DNA from: Candidatus Poribacteria bacterium
Lineage (GTDB): Bacteria > Poribacteria > WGA-4E > WGA-3G
Reading direction: 5' to 3'
Assembly: GCA_965205065.1 (NCBI GenBank)
Contig: CBDBFT010000001.1
Span: 5,102,569-5,166,568, forward strand
DNA length: 64,000 nucleotides
Both the position numbers and the translations under genes were made by a program. Positions 48,138 through 59,080 of this stretch are shown piece by piece. Position 1 is the first letter of the stretch. Each line of letters starts with the position of its first letter. The notes under the pieces are model-generated. The model saw nothing but the letters and a program-made list of their open reading frames with translations, did no database searches and was not told the DNA's origin.

Positions 48138-48476
48138 CTATATTTTTCTGTTAAGATTTAATCTATATTTACCGAGTAATTCAGATTCTATATATGCGCG
48201 ATTTTTACTATTGTTTTCCTGTCTTACACATATACAGTTAAATCCGTAACTTAAAGCATCTTCCCATCTATCATGACGATTATTGATCCTGTCCTTAAAC
48301 GATGTAGTCATTCCAGTATAAAGTAGTGTGTGGACGATTAAATCATTATCAACATTCCTGACAGAAAATATATAGTTACCAGCAACATCATTGAATGATG
48401 TATCTAATGAATAAACTTCAAATTGGTATGCTGTTGCTGATTCCCCGTAGAAGGTAAAATTCTCTATAAAAGACAT
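48138..48476 (-). CDS. small GIY-YIG nuclease-domain protein
   Basis: GNYIF ... LYTGMTTSFKDRINNRH ... E/N spacing resembles the GIY-YIG core. A 21-bp x2 tandem (gttaagatttaatctatattt) overlaps its 3' end at 48125-48169. Confidence 0.4.
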   Translation of the reverse strand: MSFIENFTFYGESATAYQFEVYSLDTSFNDVAGNYIFSVRNVDNDLIVHTLLYTGMTTSFKDRINNRHDRWEDALSYGFNCICVRQENNSKNRAYIESELLGKYRLNLNRKI

Positions 48477-48615
48477 ATACCACCTTTGTCTTTATACTGC
48501 AGAAAAATGAAAATCTTCATTGACAATCTATAAATTGAGTAGCAGTCCTGCCATTCCTTCTCATTTTTATAATACCATATTACGAACTAATAGTCAAGAA
48601 TCATTTTAGGTCAGG

Positions 48616-48654
48616 GGTGTGTAAAGTTTTGAACAGAAGCACAAACTTTACACA
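48616..48654. other. perfect 13-bp-stem hairpin (gtgtgtaaagttt / aaactttacacac, 13-nt loop)
   Basis: Exact inverted repeat 20 bp upstream of the TPR-gene promoter. There is no immediate U-tract. Confidence 0.5.
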
Positions 48655-48672
48655 CTCTTCTCATGATCTTTT

Positions 48673-48701
48673 TTGACAAACCACGGTTTTTCTGATATAC
48701 T
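48673..48701 (+). promoter_or_regulatory. sigma70 promoter TTGACA-17-TATACT for the TPR gene at 48763
   Basis: ttgaca at 48673-48678 and tatact at 48696-48701. An AAGGAGG ribosome-binding site precedes the ATG at 48763. Confidence 0.45.
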
Positions 48702-48762
48702 GGTAAACTATGTAAATCCTTTCAGAACAGGAAAACACTAACAAGGTATAAGGAGGTATCCA

Positions 48763-49893
48763 ATGAAGTATGATGTTCCATATTTTGACAAAGTTATTCA
48801 GCTCAATCCTAATCATGCCGAAGCATACTACAATCGAGGGGTTTTGAAGGGTAGGTTAGGACAATATGCTGAAGCGATGGCTGACTATGACGAGGCTATT
48901 CGGCTCAATCCTGATTTTCCCGAACCATACAACAATCGGGGGCTTTTGAAAAGTGAGTTAGGACAACACGCTGATGCAATTGCGGACTATGACAAAGCTA
49001 TTCGGCTCAATCCTGATTTTGCTGGTGCCTACCTCAATCGGGGGATTGTGAAGCATCAGTTAGGACAACACGCTGAAGCGATTTCGGACTATGACAAAGC
49101 TATTCCGCTCAAACCTAATTTTGCTGGTGCCTACCTCAGTCGGGGGCTTGCGAAGCATCAGTTAGGACAATACGCTGAAGCGATTGCGGACTATGACAAA
49201 GCTATTCCGCTCAAACCTGATGATGTTGAAGCATACCTCAATCGGGGAAATGCGAAGAACAGTTTAGGACAACACGCTGCTGCGATTAAGGATTATAACA
49301 GAGCTATTCGTCTCAATCCGGATTATGCAGAAGCATACTACAATCGGGGAATTGCGAAGTTCAGCTTAGATCAACCCACTGCTGCGATTGCGGATTTTGA
49401 CGAAGCTATTCGGCTTAAACCTGATTTTGCCGATGGATACTACAATCGGGGAGTTGCAAAGAGTGATTTAGGACAAAAGGCTGCTGCGATTGCGGATTAT
49501 GACGAAGCTATTCGCCTCAATCCTGATGATGTCAAAACATACCTCCATCGTGGAACTATAAAGATGAATTTAGGACAATACGCTGCTGGGATTGCGGATT
49601 ATGACGAAGTTATCCGACTCAAACCTGATTTTGCTGAAGCATACTACAATCGGGGATATGCGAAGTATAGCTTAGGACAATACGCTGCTGGGATTGCGGA
49701 TTTTGACGAAGTTATTCGGCTTAAACCTGATTTTGCCCCAGCATACTTAAATCGGGGTCATGCGAAAAAGAAGTTAGGTCGGTTATTTGCTGCGGTGCAA
49801 GACGCCAACACTGCTTTACGGCTTTCGAAAGAAGCAGGGGGTATGAATTTGCAAACTATGGCTGAGAACGCATTACGTAGTCTCGATGAGTGA
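48763..49893 (+). CDS. TPR repeat protein (about 10 near-identical 34-aa repeats), paralog of the C-terminal region of 19614..21521
   Basis: Repeated unit AEAYYNRGxAKxxLGQYAAAIADYDEAIRLxPDF. The nucleotide-level periodicity is visible. Confidence 0.7.
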   Translation: MKYDVPYFDKVIQLNPNHAEAYYNRGVLKGRLGQYAEAMADYDEAIRLNPDFPEPYNNRGLLKSELGQHADAIADYDKAIRLNPDFAGAYLNRGIVKHQLGQHAEAISDYDKAIPLKPNFAGAYLSRGLAKHQLGQYAEAIADYDKAIPLKPDDVEAYLNRGNAKNSLGQHAAAIKDYNRAIRLNPDYAEAYYNRGIAKFSLDQPTAAIADFDEAIRLKPDFADGYYNRGVAKSDLGQKAAAIADYDEAIRLNPDDVKTYLHRGTIKMNLGQYAAGIADYDEVIRLKPDFAEAYYNRGYAKYSLGQYAAGIADFDEVIRLKPDFAPAYLNRGHAKKKLGRLFAAVQDANTALRLSKEAGGMNLQTMAENALRSLDE

Positions 49894-50045
49894 GTAGGAA
49901 TAGTGAAAATTGTAGAAAGTAGCACAATCAAGGATGAATGTGCTACGATAAAGCGACATCTTCAATTACAAATTGTATAATATGCATCTAAGATTAAGAA
50001 TACGTATCTTTGAGTTAGAATGTTGAAGGGATCTGAACATATCCT

Positions 50046-50648
50046 TTACAGTGTTCGTATTTTTATATTTCGAAACCAGAGTTTTCCACCGTGGTCTTGG
50101 AGTCCGATATGTCCTTTCCGTGGAAAATCTTTGAGTGCAATACCGAATTTGTTTCTGCTGCCATCAGGATTCTTGTGAGGTGTGTCCCACTCATCTAAAT
50201 CTGCACGGACAATTTCTTCACCGTTCATCTCAACTGCAACGATACTACCGTCACAAGTGATTATCATCTCATTCCACTCACCTGCAGGTTTACAGACGTT
50301 TCGGGTTGGTTCAAGTGCATCGTAGAGTGATCCACAACAGTGCTTAGTTGCTGGGTCTTTTCCGTGTGTATCTAAAATCTGTATTTCAAGTCCGGTCTGT
50401 ACAGGTCGTTTTAGATCTTCCCACCTGATGAATACACCGCTGTTGACTTTCGGTTCACTCTTATATTCAAGAGATAGCACGAAGTTGTCATATTGATCTT
50501 CAGTATATAAGTATTGTCCACCTTTAACGGTGCAGAGTATATTGCCGTCATCAACGGTCCAACCTTCGTCATTTCCGGTTGCTCCCCATCCGTTCAATGT
50601 CTCACCATCAAAGAGTGAAACCCAACTGTTGTTTTGTTCATTTGCCAT
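50046..50648 (-). CDS. DUF1080 / 3-keto-disaccharide hydrolase family protein
   Basis: LFDGETLNGW...NSGVFIRWEDLK...EIQILD...GEWNEMII...GLQDHGGKLWFRNIKI. Confidence 0.75.
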   Translation of the reverse strand: MANEQNNSWVSLFDGETLNGWGATGNDEGWTVDDGNILCTVKGGQYLYTEDQYDNFVLSLEYKSEPKVNSGVFIRWEDLKRPVQTGLEIQILDTHGKDPATKHCCGSLYDALEPTRNVCKPAGEWNEMIITCDGSIVAVEMNGEEIVRADLDEWDTPHKNPDGSRNKFGIALKDFPRKGHIGLQDHGGKLWFRNIKIRTL

Positions 50649-50663
50649 CGTAATCTCCTCTGT

Positions 50664-51794
50664 TTATTTGTATAGACTTTCTATAATCAGTCTACCAATA
50701 TCAAGATTATAAGTAAAATCGGAAACCGAAAATGGACTGTTATAGCCAATAATCGGCACATAACTCTCATGTCGAGAACCGTGGGACCTCAGGGATACTT
50801 TCTGATTTGGAACATCTAATGCACCAAAAACTGTTTCTTTATCTGCTAACACGAAGATATCACCGATTCTATCTGGATGAAGTGAGAATACCTTAGCAGC
50901 GTCTGGAGCTGAATATACTTCCTCAATCCCTTGTGTATTTTTGAGGGTTTGTATTGCAGTTTCTAAATCTCGATGATGCTCCAGAAAAACATAAGCAGCA
51001 CCGCCTAAGTTGCTATGGTGTGCTTCATATCTGTCTTTGATTATCGGTATTGAGGTGGCTGAGATTCTACACTTTTTAAGAATTTGACTTGGATCAATTG
51101 CAGATTTTTTATCCTCCATACCGTGGTCAGCAGTTATGTAAATCTCGCGATTAGGATTGTCATCTACGATTTCGCCAATTATCTTATCCAGTTCGGACAT
51201 GTGGATTCGTGACAACTCTTCATGGGGTGCATACTTATGCTGAACCCAGTCGGTTGTTGAGCAATACACTAAATCTGGATCGTGCTTTAAGAGAGTATAT
51301 TGAACAGCCCGTAGTAACCAGTAGTTTATCTCACATGAATATATTGGCTCAACAGGACCGATAGCTTTGATGTATTCATCTGAGGGTGCTTCTGCGGCGA
51401 CTGCAATATCAGTTCCAGCTTGTAAAATCCTTAATAACTTCTGTTTCGTAACAAAGAGTGCAGTTTTGTAAGCCGCGCTTTTCTTTTTAGAGATTTCAAA
51501 AATCGTTTGTGCTAATAGAAAAGTGTTATCTTCAATGTATTTCCCTTCTCCTGTGTCTCTATCAAGATAATAGTTTGATGTAATCCCGTGTGTTTTTGGA
51601 AACGCTCCTGTTACTATACTGACATTGTTGACATTTGTTACGGATGGTATTACGGAATTTGCCTGTTTATAGAAACCTGTCTCTGCCATGTTACGAACAT
51701 TCGGCATGTCACTTGCTTCTAAGTAATCGTGGCATCCAGCATCAATGCAGATAATCAGTATTTTTCTTTTTTTCACTCTGAGTTTTGCGCTCAT
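50664..51794 (-). CDS. alkaline-phosphatase superfamily type I phosphodiesterase / nucleotide pyrophosphatase-like protein
   Basis: ILIICIDAG...PSVTNVNNVSIVTGAFPKTHGITSN metal-site pattern. Confidence 0.65.
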   Translation of the reverse strand: MSAKLRVKKRKILIICIDAGCHDYLEASDMPNVRNMAETGFYKQANSVIPSVTNVNNVSIVTGAFPKTHGITSNYYLDRDTGEGKYIEDNTFLLAQTIFEISKKKSAAYKTALFVTKQKLLRILQAGTDIAVAAEAPSDEYIKAIGPVEPIYSCEINYWLLRAVQYTLLKHDPDLVYCSTTDWVQHKYAPHEELSRIHMSELDKIIGEIVDDNPNREIYITADHGMEDKKSAIDPSQILKKCRISATSIPIIKDRYEAHHSNLGGAAYVFLEHHRDLETAIQTLKNTQGIEEVYSAPDAAKVFSLHPDRIGDIFVLADKETVFGALDVPNQKVSLRSHGSRHESYVPIIGYNSPFSVSDFTYNLDIGRLIIESLYK

Positions 51795-51806
51795 AAGTCA
51801 CGAACG

Positions 51807-52058
51807 TCACTCTTCATCACTCTTTGGCAAAGACTTCGGTTCAGTTTCTTTTGTTGATGCTTCTATAGACGCACGCAGCTCTAACATAACTTGTCTCAAT
51901 TCACGCATGTTTTCTGAAACAAAAAGTTCTGCTTCATTCAACGACTTACCAGAACAGTTCTCAATATTCTCAAACATATCGTTAAGTTTATCTACGAAAG
52001 CCTTTATAACTTCTTCATTTTCTTTGTCATCACAATAATCAAGTTTTACTCTCAACAT
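51807..52058 (-). CDS. hypothetical small acidic protein
   Basis: Trimmed to MLRVKLDY...; the upstream part of the track ORF is antisense overlap with no support. Confidence 0.3.
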   Translation of the reverse strand: MLRVKLDYCDDKENEEVIKAFVDKLNDMFENIENCSGKSLNEAELFVSENMRELRQVMLELRASIEASTKETEPKSLPKSDEE

Positions 52059-52233
52059 TAGTATCTTTCCTTTATTTATGAATTGTATATTTGAATAGGA
52101 TACTACATTTGCATAGATTTTACAAGTATTAAAATCTGCTCTAATTGTGAAAAAACATGACAATCAGCTGAAGATATGATATAATTCAAAAATCAATTTC
52201 TCAAGTAATTTACAAGTCATAAAAGGAAATAAA

Positions 52234-53061
52234 ATGAAATTCAAACGTGAAGATATTTTAAATACTTTAAGGTCCAACATTGATTCTGGTAAACCCATCA
52301 TCGGAGCAGGCGCAGGAACAGGTATCTCGGCTAAATGTGAAGAAGCAGGTGGGATTGATCTTATTATCATCTACAATTCGGGAAGATTTCGAATGGCAGG
52401 AAGAGGATCGCTCGCTGGGATGATGCCTTATGGAGACGCTAATGAGATTGTTGTAGAGATGGCAAGTGAAGTGCTGCCTGTAGTGAAGAAGACACCCGTA
52501 TTAGCAGGTGTCTGTGGCACCGATCCTTTTCGTCTGATGGATATCTTTCTCAGTCAGATTGATGCTGTCGGGTTTTCTGGTGTGCAAAACTTCCCAACAG
52601 TTGGATTGATTGATGGTACTTTCAGACAACTCCTTGAAGAGACCGATATGGGGTACGGTCCAGAGGTGGAGATGATACGGAAAGCACATGAAATGAATCT
52701 TTTAACGACCCCTTATGCCTTCAATGAAACTGAAGCTGAACAGATGGCAGATGCTGGTGCAGATATACTTGTTGCACACATGGGATTGACGACAAAAGGT
52801 TCTATCGGTGCCAAAACTGCATTCACTCTTGAAGATGCGGCAAAACGGGTGCAAGCTATTAACGATGCTGCGAAGGGTGTAAATCCTGAAATTCTTGTTA
52901 TCTGCCACGGTGGTCCTATTGCTGAACCTGAAGATGCAAAGTATGTCCTGGATAATACGAACGGGGTCGTTGGTTTCTATGGCGCATCAAGTGCTGAACG
53001 TCTGCCAACCGAACGCGCTATCACAGCGCAGATTGAGGAATTCAAGAAAATACGTCTATAG
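52234..53061 (+). CDS. phosphoenolpyruvate hydrolase-like TIM-barrel protein (COG5564 family)
   Basis: [41 protein letters not shown] pattern. A GGAAATAAAATG ribosome-binding context precedes the start. Confidence 0.6.
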   Translation: MKFKREDILNTLRSNIDSGKPIIGAGAGTGISAKCEEAGGIDLIIIYNSGRFRMAGRGSLAGMMPYGDANEIVVEMASEVLPVVKKTPVLAGVCGTDPFRLMDIFLSQIDAVGFSGVQNFPTVGLIDGTFRQLLEETDMGYGPEVEMIRKAHEMNLLTTPYAFNETEAEQMADAGADILVAHMGLTTKGSIGAKTAFTLEDAAKRVQAINDAAKGVNPEILVICHGGPIAEPEDAKYVLDNTNGVVGFYGASSAERLPTERAITAQIEEFKKIRL

Positions 53062-53070
53062 ATTTAACTT

Positions 53071-53224
53071 ATGAAGATTAAATAAATAATCAGGTAATTC
53101 TACTGATATGACTCATCGTAGGCGTAAGGTTTCGTAGGGGCGGGGTTATGAAGATTAAATAAATAATCAGGTAATTCTACTGATATGACTCATCGTAGGC
53201 GTAAGGTTTCGTAGGGGCGGGGTT
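53071..53224. repeat. perfect 77-bp x2 tandem repeat followed by GC hairpin and an inverted copy of the repeat start (foldback/MITE-like)
   Basis: Copy 1 at 53071-53147 equals copy 2 at 53148-53224. A ggggcgggg-ttt-ccccgcccg hairpin at 53213-53233. aataacttaatcttcat at 53248-53264 is the reverse complement of the unit start. Confidence 0.85.
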
Positions 53225-53322
53225 TCCCCGCCCGCGTATTACCCAATTAATAACTTAATCTTCATTTGTTAAATAATGTGAAGAATTGACACTTTTAGGC
53301 TTAATGAACAGGAGACGATATT

Positions 53323-54123
53323 ATGACTGATGAAGAAAAATTTAGGTTTGACCTAACAGGTTTTTTAGTTCGTCCTGCGATTCTCAGCAAAGATGAAGTA
53401 GATGCCATTGTTGACCAACTTGATAGAATTCGTAATGATCGAGAATCACTTCCGCCAGAACATAGGGCAGTTCCGGGGGGTGCGTGCAGTGTCCTTATAG
53501 ATCATCCAAAAGTGATTGAGGTATTACACGAAATTATCGGTCCAGACATCCGTATGGAAAGCACATTTTCTGTTTGGCGTCAGAAGGGTCAAGAACACGG
53601 TGGATTACACGGTGGTGGTCCGCGTCAAGCCGACCCTATCTTCGGATACCGAGTGCACAATGGTAGGATTCATGCAGGAATGGTGCGCGTCGTTTTTGAG
53701 ATGACAGATATTTCCAAGAACGATGGGGCTACACACTTTATTGTAGGAAGCCACAAATCAAATTTTCCGATGCATTCTGACCACATGTCGTTAGAGGATG
53801 GGAAACGCAGTCCATACCTCATGACCTACGAATGTCCAGCTGGCAGCGCGATCTTTTTTACTGAAAACCTGTGTCATGCAGGACCTGTGTGGCAGCGTGA
53901 GACTCCACGTATTGCGGTGCTTAATGCATATTCACATCTTGCTACGCATTGGCATCGTCTACGTATTCCACCGGTAGTCCTTAAGGGTCTTCCAAAAGAA
54001 AAACAGGCATATTTCCGACAACCTTGGATTGCAGACTTCAGAACAAGTCCTGCAACGCGTAATACAATTGATCGCTTCTTAGAAAAGGACGAGACACCAA
54101 TAGATACAGATCATAGTCCGTGA
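53323..54123 (+). CDS. phytanoyl-CoA dioxygenase (PhyH) family Fe(II)/2-oxoglutarate oxygenase
   Basis: PhyH-like N-terminal FDLTGFLVRPA. HxD...H metal triad spacing (HGGLHGGG ... HAG). Confidence 0.7.
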   Translation: MTDEEKFRFDLTGFLVRPAILSKDEVDAIVDQLDRIRNDRESLPPEHRAVPGGACSVLIDHPKVIEVLHEIIGPDIRMESTFSVWRQKGQEHGGLHGGGPRQADPIFGYRVHNGRIHAGMVRVVFEMTDISKNDGATHFIVGSHKSNFPMHSDHMSLEDGKRSPYLMTYECPAGSAIFFTENLCHAGPVWQRETPRIAVLNAYSHLATHWHRLRIPPVVLKGLPKEKQAYFRQPWIADFRTSPATRNTIDRFLEKDETPIDTDHSP

Positions 54124-54141
54124 TTCTCCGATGACCCTCTT

Positions 54142-55260
54142 ATGGCAAATATTCAACTTAAGAACATCGTAAAACGTTTCGGTAATGTCTTTGCAGTCAG
54201 GGACTTTAACTTAGAGATACAGGATAAGGAGTTTGTCGTTTTTCTTGGACCGTCAGGTTGTGGAAAAACAACAACATTACGTCTTATTGCTGGATTAGAA
54301 CACCCAGAAATTGGGGATATTCTGATAGATGGACATCGCGTAAACGATATGTCTCCTGCTGACAGAGATATTGCATTTGTGTTTCAATTCTATGCGCTTT
54401 ATCCGCATCTGACTGTCTATGAGAACATTGCCTTTCCACTGAAAGCAGTCAAAGTTGCTAAAACTGAAATAGATGTAAGAGTCAGAAACGTAGCACAGAT
54501 ACTGCAGATCAGTGACATATTAGATAGGAAACCCAGTGTACTCAGTGGTGGTGAGATGCAACGTGTTGCACTTGGTCGGGCAATGGTTCGTCAACCTAAG
54601 GTCTATCTCCTTGATGAACCGATGGCGAATTTGGATGCAAAACTTCGTATTGATACGCGTGCAGAAATAAAACATCTTCACCATGAGATAGGTGCAACGA
54701 CCGTCTTTGTAACGCATGATCAGGTAGAAGCGATGTCCCTTGCAGATAGAATCGTAGTTATGCATCAAGGTGTATTACAACAAGTTGGAACACCTTATGA
54801 AGTGTACAACAGACCGAAAAGTCTTTTTGTTGCGGGTTTTATGGGGATGCCTTCTATGAATCTACTTGATGCTCAGATAACATCAAAAAAGGGACACACA
54901 GTGCTACAGATTGGTCATACTGATGCGGTTTTATATCTTTCCCATGAACAACTGTCGAAGTTAAACGCGAATAAACAGAAGAATGGGTATGTCGTAGGTG
55001 TTCGTCCTGAGCATATAACGGTGTCAAGAGAATCTGTCGGACGAAAAATTGCATCAGAAGTTCACTTAATAGAACCACTTGGTGCTGTAAACATTCTTGA
55101 TCTTAGTCTCGGAATACATCCTGAAACACAGGAACCGATAGTATTGCGAGTCAGAACACATCCAACTTTCAAAGTCGCTATTGGTGAGAAGGTATGGTTG
55201 GACTTTGATGATAAACAGATGCACCTATTTGACCGTGATACAGAAATATCTATCTGGTAA
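54142..55260 (+). CDS. ABC transporter ATP-binding protein (MalK/UgpC-type with C-terminal TOBE-like domain)
   Basis: Walker A GPSGCGKTT, signature LSGGEMQRVALGRA, Walker B VYLLDEP. Confidence 0.8.
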   Translation: MANIQLKNIVKRFGNVFAVRDFNLEIQDKEFVVFLGPSGCGKTTTLRLIAGLEHPEIGDILIDGHRVNDMSPADRDIAFVFQFYALYPHLTVYENIAFPLKAVKVAKTEIDVRVRNVAQILQISDILDRKPSVLSGGEMQRVALGRAMVRQPKVYLLDEPMANLDAKLRIDTRAEIKHLHHEIGATTVFVTHDQVEAMSLADRIVVMHQGVLQQVGTPYEVYNRPKSLFVAGFMGMPSMNLLDAQITSKKGHTVLQIGHTDAVLYLSHEQLSKLNANKQKNGYVVGVRPEHITVSRESVGRKIASEVHLIEPLGAVNILDLSLGIHPETQEPIVLRVRTHPTFKVAIGEKVWLDFDDKQMHLFDRDTEISIW

Positions 55261-55298
55261 ATGTAAATTAAAGTTCATTGAGATAGGGGTTAATATAT

Positions 55299-56099
55299 AT
55301 GAAAATACCGTGTCGTTTGGCAGCCTTTGATTTAGATGGAACGTTATTGAATAGCAATCACGAAGTTTCGTGTGAGAATCTTAAGGCGTTACATCAACTT
55401 ATTGCAAACGAAACACTTGTCGTCTTAGTATCAGGGAGGATGCACCAATCCATGAAGCCGATCAGCGATCACATCGGATTGGAAAACCCAATTATTTCGT
55501 ATAACGGTGGCATGGTGAAGCATGTTGTTACGGATAAAGTTTTATACCACACGCCTGTCCCCGCAGAGGACGCAACTGCGATTATCAAAGACTGTAAAGA
55601 GCAGAATTTGCACCTTAACTTTTGTCTGAATGATGCGCTTTATGTTGCCAAAAGAAATGAATGGAGTGAGTTGTATGAAGTTAGAACAGGTGTATCGGCT
55701 ACAGAGGTTGGTGATCTGCAGCAATTATCTGGTGAAACACCGACAAAGTTACTGATTATACATCCACCAGAGAAACTTCAGACACTTTTAAACCAGTTCA
55801 AATCTACATACACGGGAAGACTCTATGTTACGCAGACTCAACCTGAGTACATAGAATTCATGAATCCTGAAGTATCAAAAGGTAGAGCGTTGACAGCACT
55901 TGTAGAACGTTTAGGTATACCTATCAAAGAGACTGTAGCGTTTGGTGATAGTTTTAACGATGAGAGTTTACTTCGGACAGCAGGATTCGGTATTGCGATG
56001 AGAAATGCTGTGCAGCAGGTTAAAGACTGTGCAGATTACATTACATCCAGTAACGATAAGAATGGTGTTGCAAAAGCGATATTTGAATTAATACTCTAA
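55299..56099 (+). CDS. Cof-type HAD-IIB family hydrolase
   Basis: Motif I FDLDGTLL and C-terminal GDSFNDESL motif. Confidence 0.8.
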   Translation: MKIPCRLAAFDLDGTLLNSNHEVSCENLKALHQLIANETLVVLVSGRMHQSMKPISDHIGLENPIISYNGGMVKHVVTDKVLYHTPVPAEDATAIIKDCKEQNLHLNFCLNDALYVAKRNEWSELYEVRTGVSATEVGDLQQLSGETPTKLLIIHPPEKLQTLLNQFKSTYTGRLYVTQTQPEYIEFMNPEVSKGRALTALVERLGIPIKETVAFGDSFNDESLLRTAGFGIAMRNAVQQVKDCADYITSSNDKNGVAKAIFELIL

Positions 56100-56364
56100 C
56101 AGGACTTACGCATTTTTATGAAATGGTAAAGATAAAACTTGAAATATCTTTGAAAATCTTGTATAATATCCGTTGTATATAGAACTTATAGTGAGTAAAA
56201 GTTTACAATCCAATCTGAATCAGTATTTGAAGTATAAAGAATGCGACATAAAGTACTTCCTCTGATTGTATTCTTTGCCACATTCCTATGTTTTACTCAA
56301 TATGACTTCATAGAAAAAACGGCTTAATATTTTTATATCAACTCAGTTTTAGAAGGAGAATATC

Positions 56365-56682
56365 ATGGATTTCAAGGACGGATACCCATTGACATGTTTC
56401 GTGCACAGTGAGTCTTTTGATGAAACTTACACAGCCTACATCCAAAAGAACGGCACAGGTTTTTTGGGACATATTCCTGACTTCCCAAAAGTGGAATGTC
56501 CGGGAGAGACCATTGAGTCTGTCAAAGTTCAGCTGCACGATGCTCTTGACCAAGCCCTAAATGAGATTGAAGATGCTTGGGAAAAACAGTTTGAAGCAGA
56601 TGTCAAAGCGGGACGACTTGAACCGCTCGTGAAAGAAGCTAAGGAAAGTTACAAGGCGGGGAAATATACCCGGATTGTTTGA
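56365..56682 (+). CDS. HicB-like fold antitoxin (partner of RelE/ParE toxin)
   Basis: YTAYIQKNGTGFLGHIPDFPKVECPGETIESVKVQLHDAL matches the HicB_lk_antitox pattern. Its stop overlaps the toxin start (ATGA). Confidence 0.5.
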   Translation: MDFKDGYPLTCFVHSESFDETYTAYIQKNGTGFLGHIPDFPKVECPGETIESVKVQLHDALDQALNEIEDAWEKQFEADVKAGRLEPLVKEAKESYKAGKYTRIV

Positions 56683-56954
56683 AGTTCATGCAAAAGTTTC
56701 AACACATCATCAATGACGAATTTGCAGCACTCGCTGACAAACTGCCACCCGATATTCAAAGAGCTATTACCAAGCAATTTCAATTTCTACGTACAAATCC
56801 ACTTCACCCCTCACTCAGATTCAAAAAAGTGTCAGGACGATGGTCGCTACGTATCACTAAGGATTACCGAGCACTCGGTTATGAACAGGATGATGATACG
56901 ATTACATGGTATTGGGTCGGGACACATGATGAATATGAAAAGAAAATCAAGTAG
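56679..56954 (+). CDS. RelE/ParE-family type II toxin
   Basis: TNPLHPSLRFKKVSGRWSLRITKDYRALGYEQDDDTITWYWVGTHDEYEK, the typical RelE/ParE C-terminal pattern. Confidence 0.6.
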   Translation: MKFMQKFQHIINDEFAALADKLPPDIQRAITKQFQFLRTNPLHPSLRFKKVSGRWSLRITKDYRALGYEQDDDTITWYWVGTHDEYEKKIK

Positions 56955-56997
56955 GAGAAATACTTAAGTCTGTCCGACATCAAATAGGGAATAAGGA

Positions 56998-57071
56998 TGG
57001 GCTTACCTGGAATCGAACCAGGGACCTCGCGCTTATCAGGCGCGCGCTCTAACCTTCTGAGCTATAAGCCC
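56998..57071 (-). tRNA. tRNA-Ile (anticodon GAT), CCA not encoded
   Basis: Hand fold: acceptor GGGCUUA/UAAGCCC, anticodon loop CUGAUAA, T-loop UUCGAUU. It lies 111 bp downstream of the 16S 3' end. Confidence 0.85.
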
Positions 57072-57182
57072 CTGTTGAAGGGAAAAATAAGCATGTAATT
57101 TGAAAGCTAAATAGTTAGTCGTAAATGCCTTGTAAGAATACGAGCATTTGAACAAGGAGATTGTGTGAGAATACCCTTGTTA

Positions 57183-58745
<1,563 letters not shown>

Positions 58746-58865
58746 GTATTGAAGTACAACTTCAAATAATTGAAGCATACTCACAAGCTATAAAATAGGC
58801 ACGTCACGTTCACTATTTAACTTTCAAAGAACAACTTCACCTTCCAAATCTGAAAGGTAAATAGT

Positions 58866-58894
58866 ATTATACAATTTTAAAAAGTGTTTGTCAA
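58866..58894 (-). promoter_or_regulatory. rRNA promoter TTGACA-17-TATAAT (minus strand)
   Basis: Plus-strand attata at 58866-58871 and tgtcaa at 58889-58894. About 113 nt upstream of the mature 16S 5' end. Confidence 0.45.
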
Positions 58895-59010
58895 ATAAAA
58901 ATGTGAAAAAATACGATAATTTGTCAACTTTTAAGCATTTATATAAAAATTGCAGATTCTTTTAACGCTGTTTCTCTTCGTCTGTCCAATACTTATAACG
59001 TTTATATTAT

Positions 59011-59040
59011 TTGTCAGGTGCTGTAGAACAGTGCTATAAT
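59011..59040 (+). promoter_or_regulatory. sigma70 promoter TTGTCA-18-TATAAT for CPBP gene, divergent from rRNA promoter
   Basis: ttgtca at 59011-59016 and tataat at 59035-59040. Confidence 0.45.
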
Positions 59041-59080
59041 ACCCTCTACATATTACCTGAAAACCTGATGAGGCGTTAAT

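Noticed and set aside
51807-52370. Possible selenoprotein: minus-strand ORF 52164..52370 ends in TGA and is followed in frame by ORF 51807..52163
   Set aside because: The upstream ORF is antisense to the N-terminus of the PEP-hydrolase-like gene, with no ribosome-binding site, no CxxU-type context and no SECIS-like hairpin after the TGA. It is treated as a chance read-through frame.
56955-57182. 23S rRNA or tRNA-Ala expected after 16S and tRNA-Ile
   Set aside because: It is not present. Protein-coding genes follow immediately, so the operon is recorded as unlinked rather than annotating anything here.
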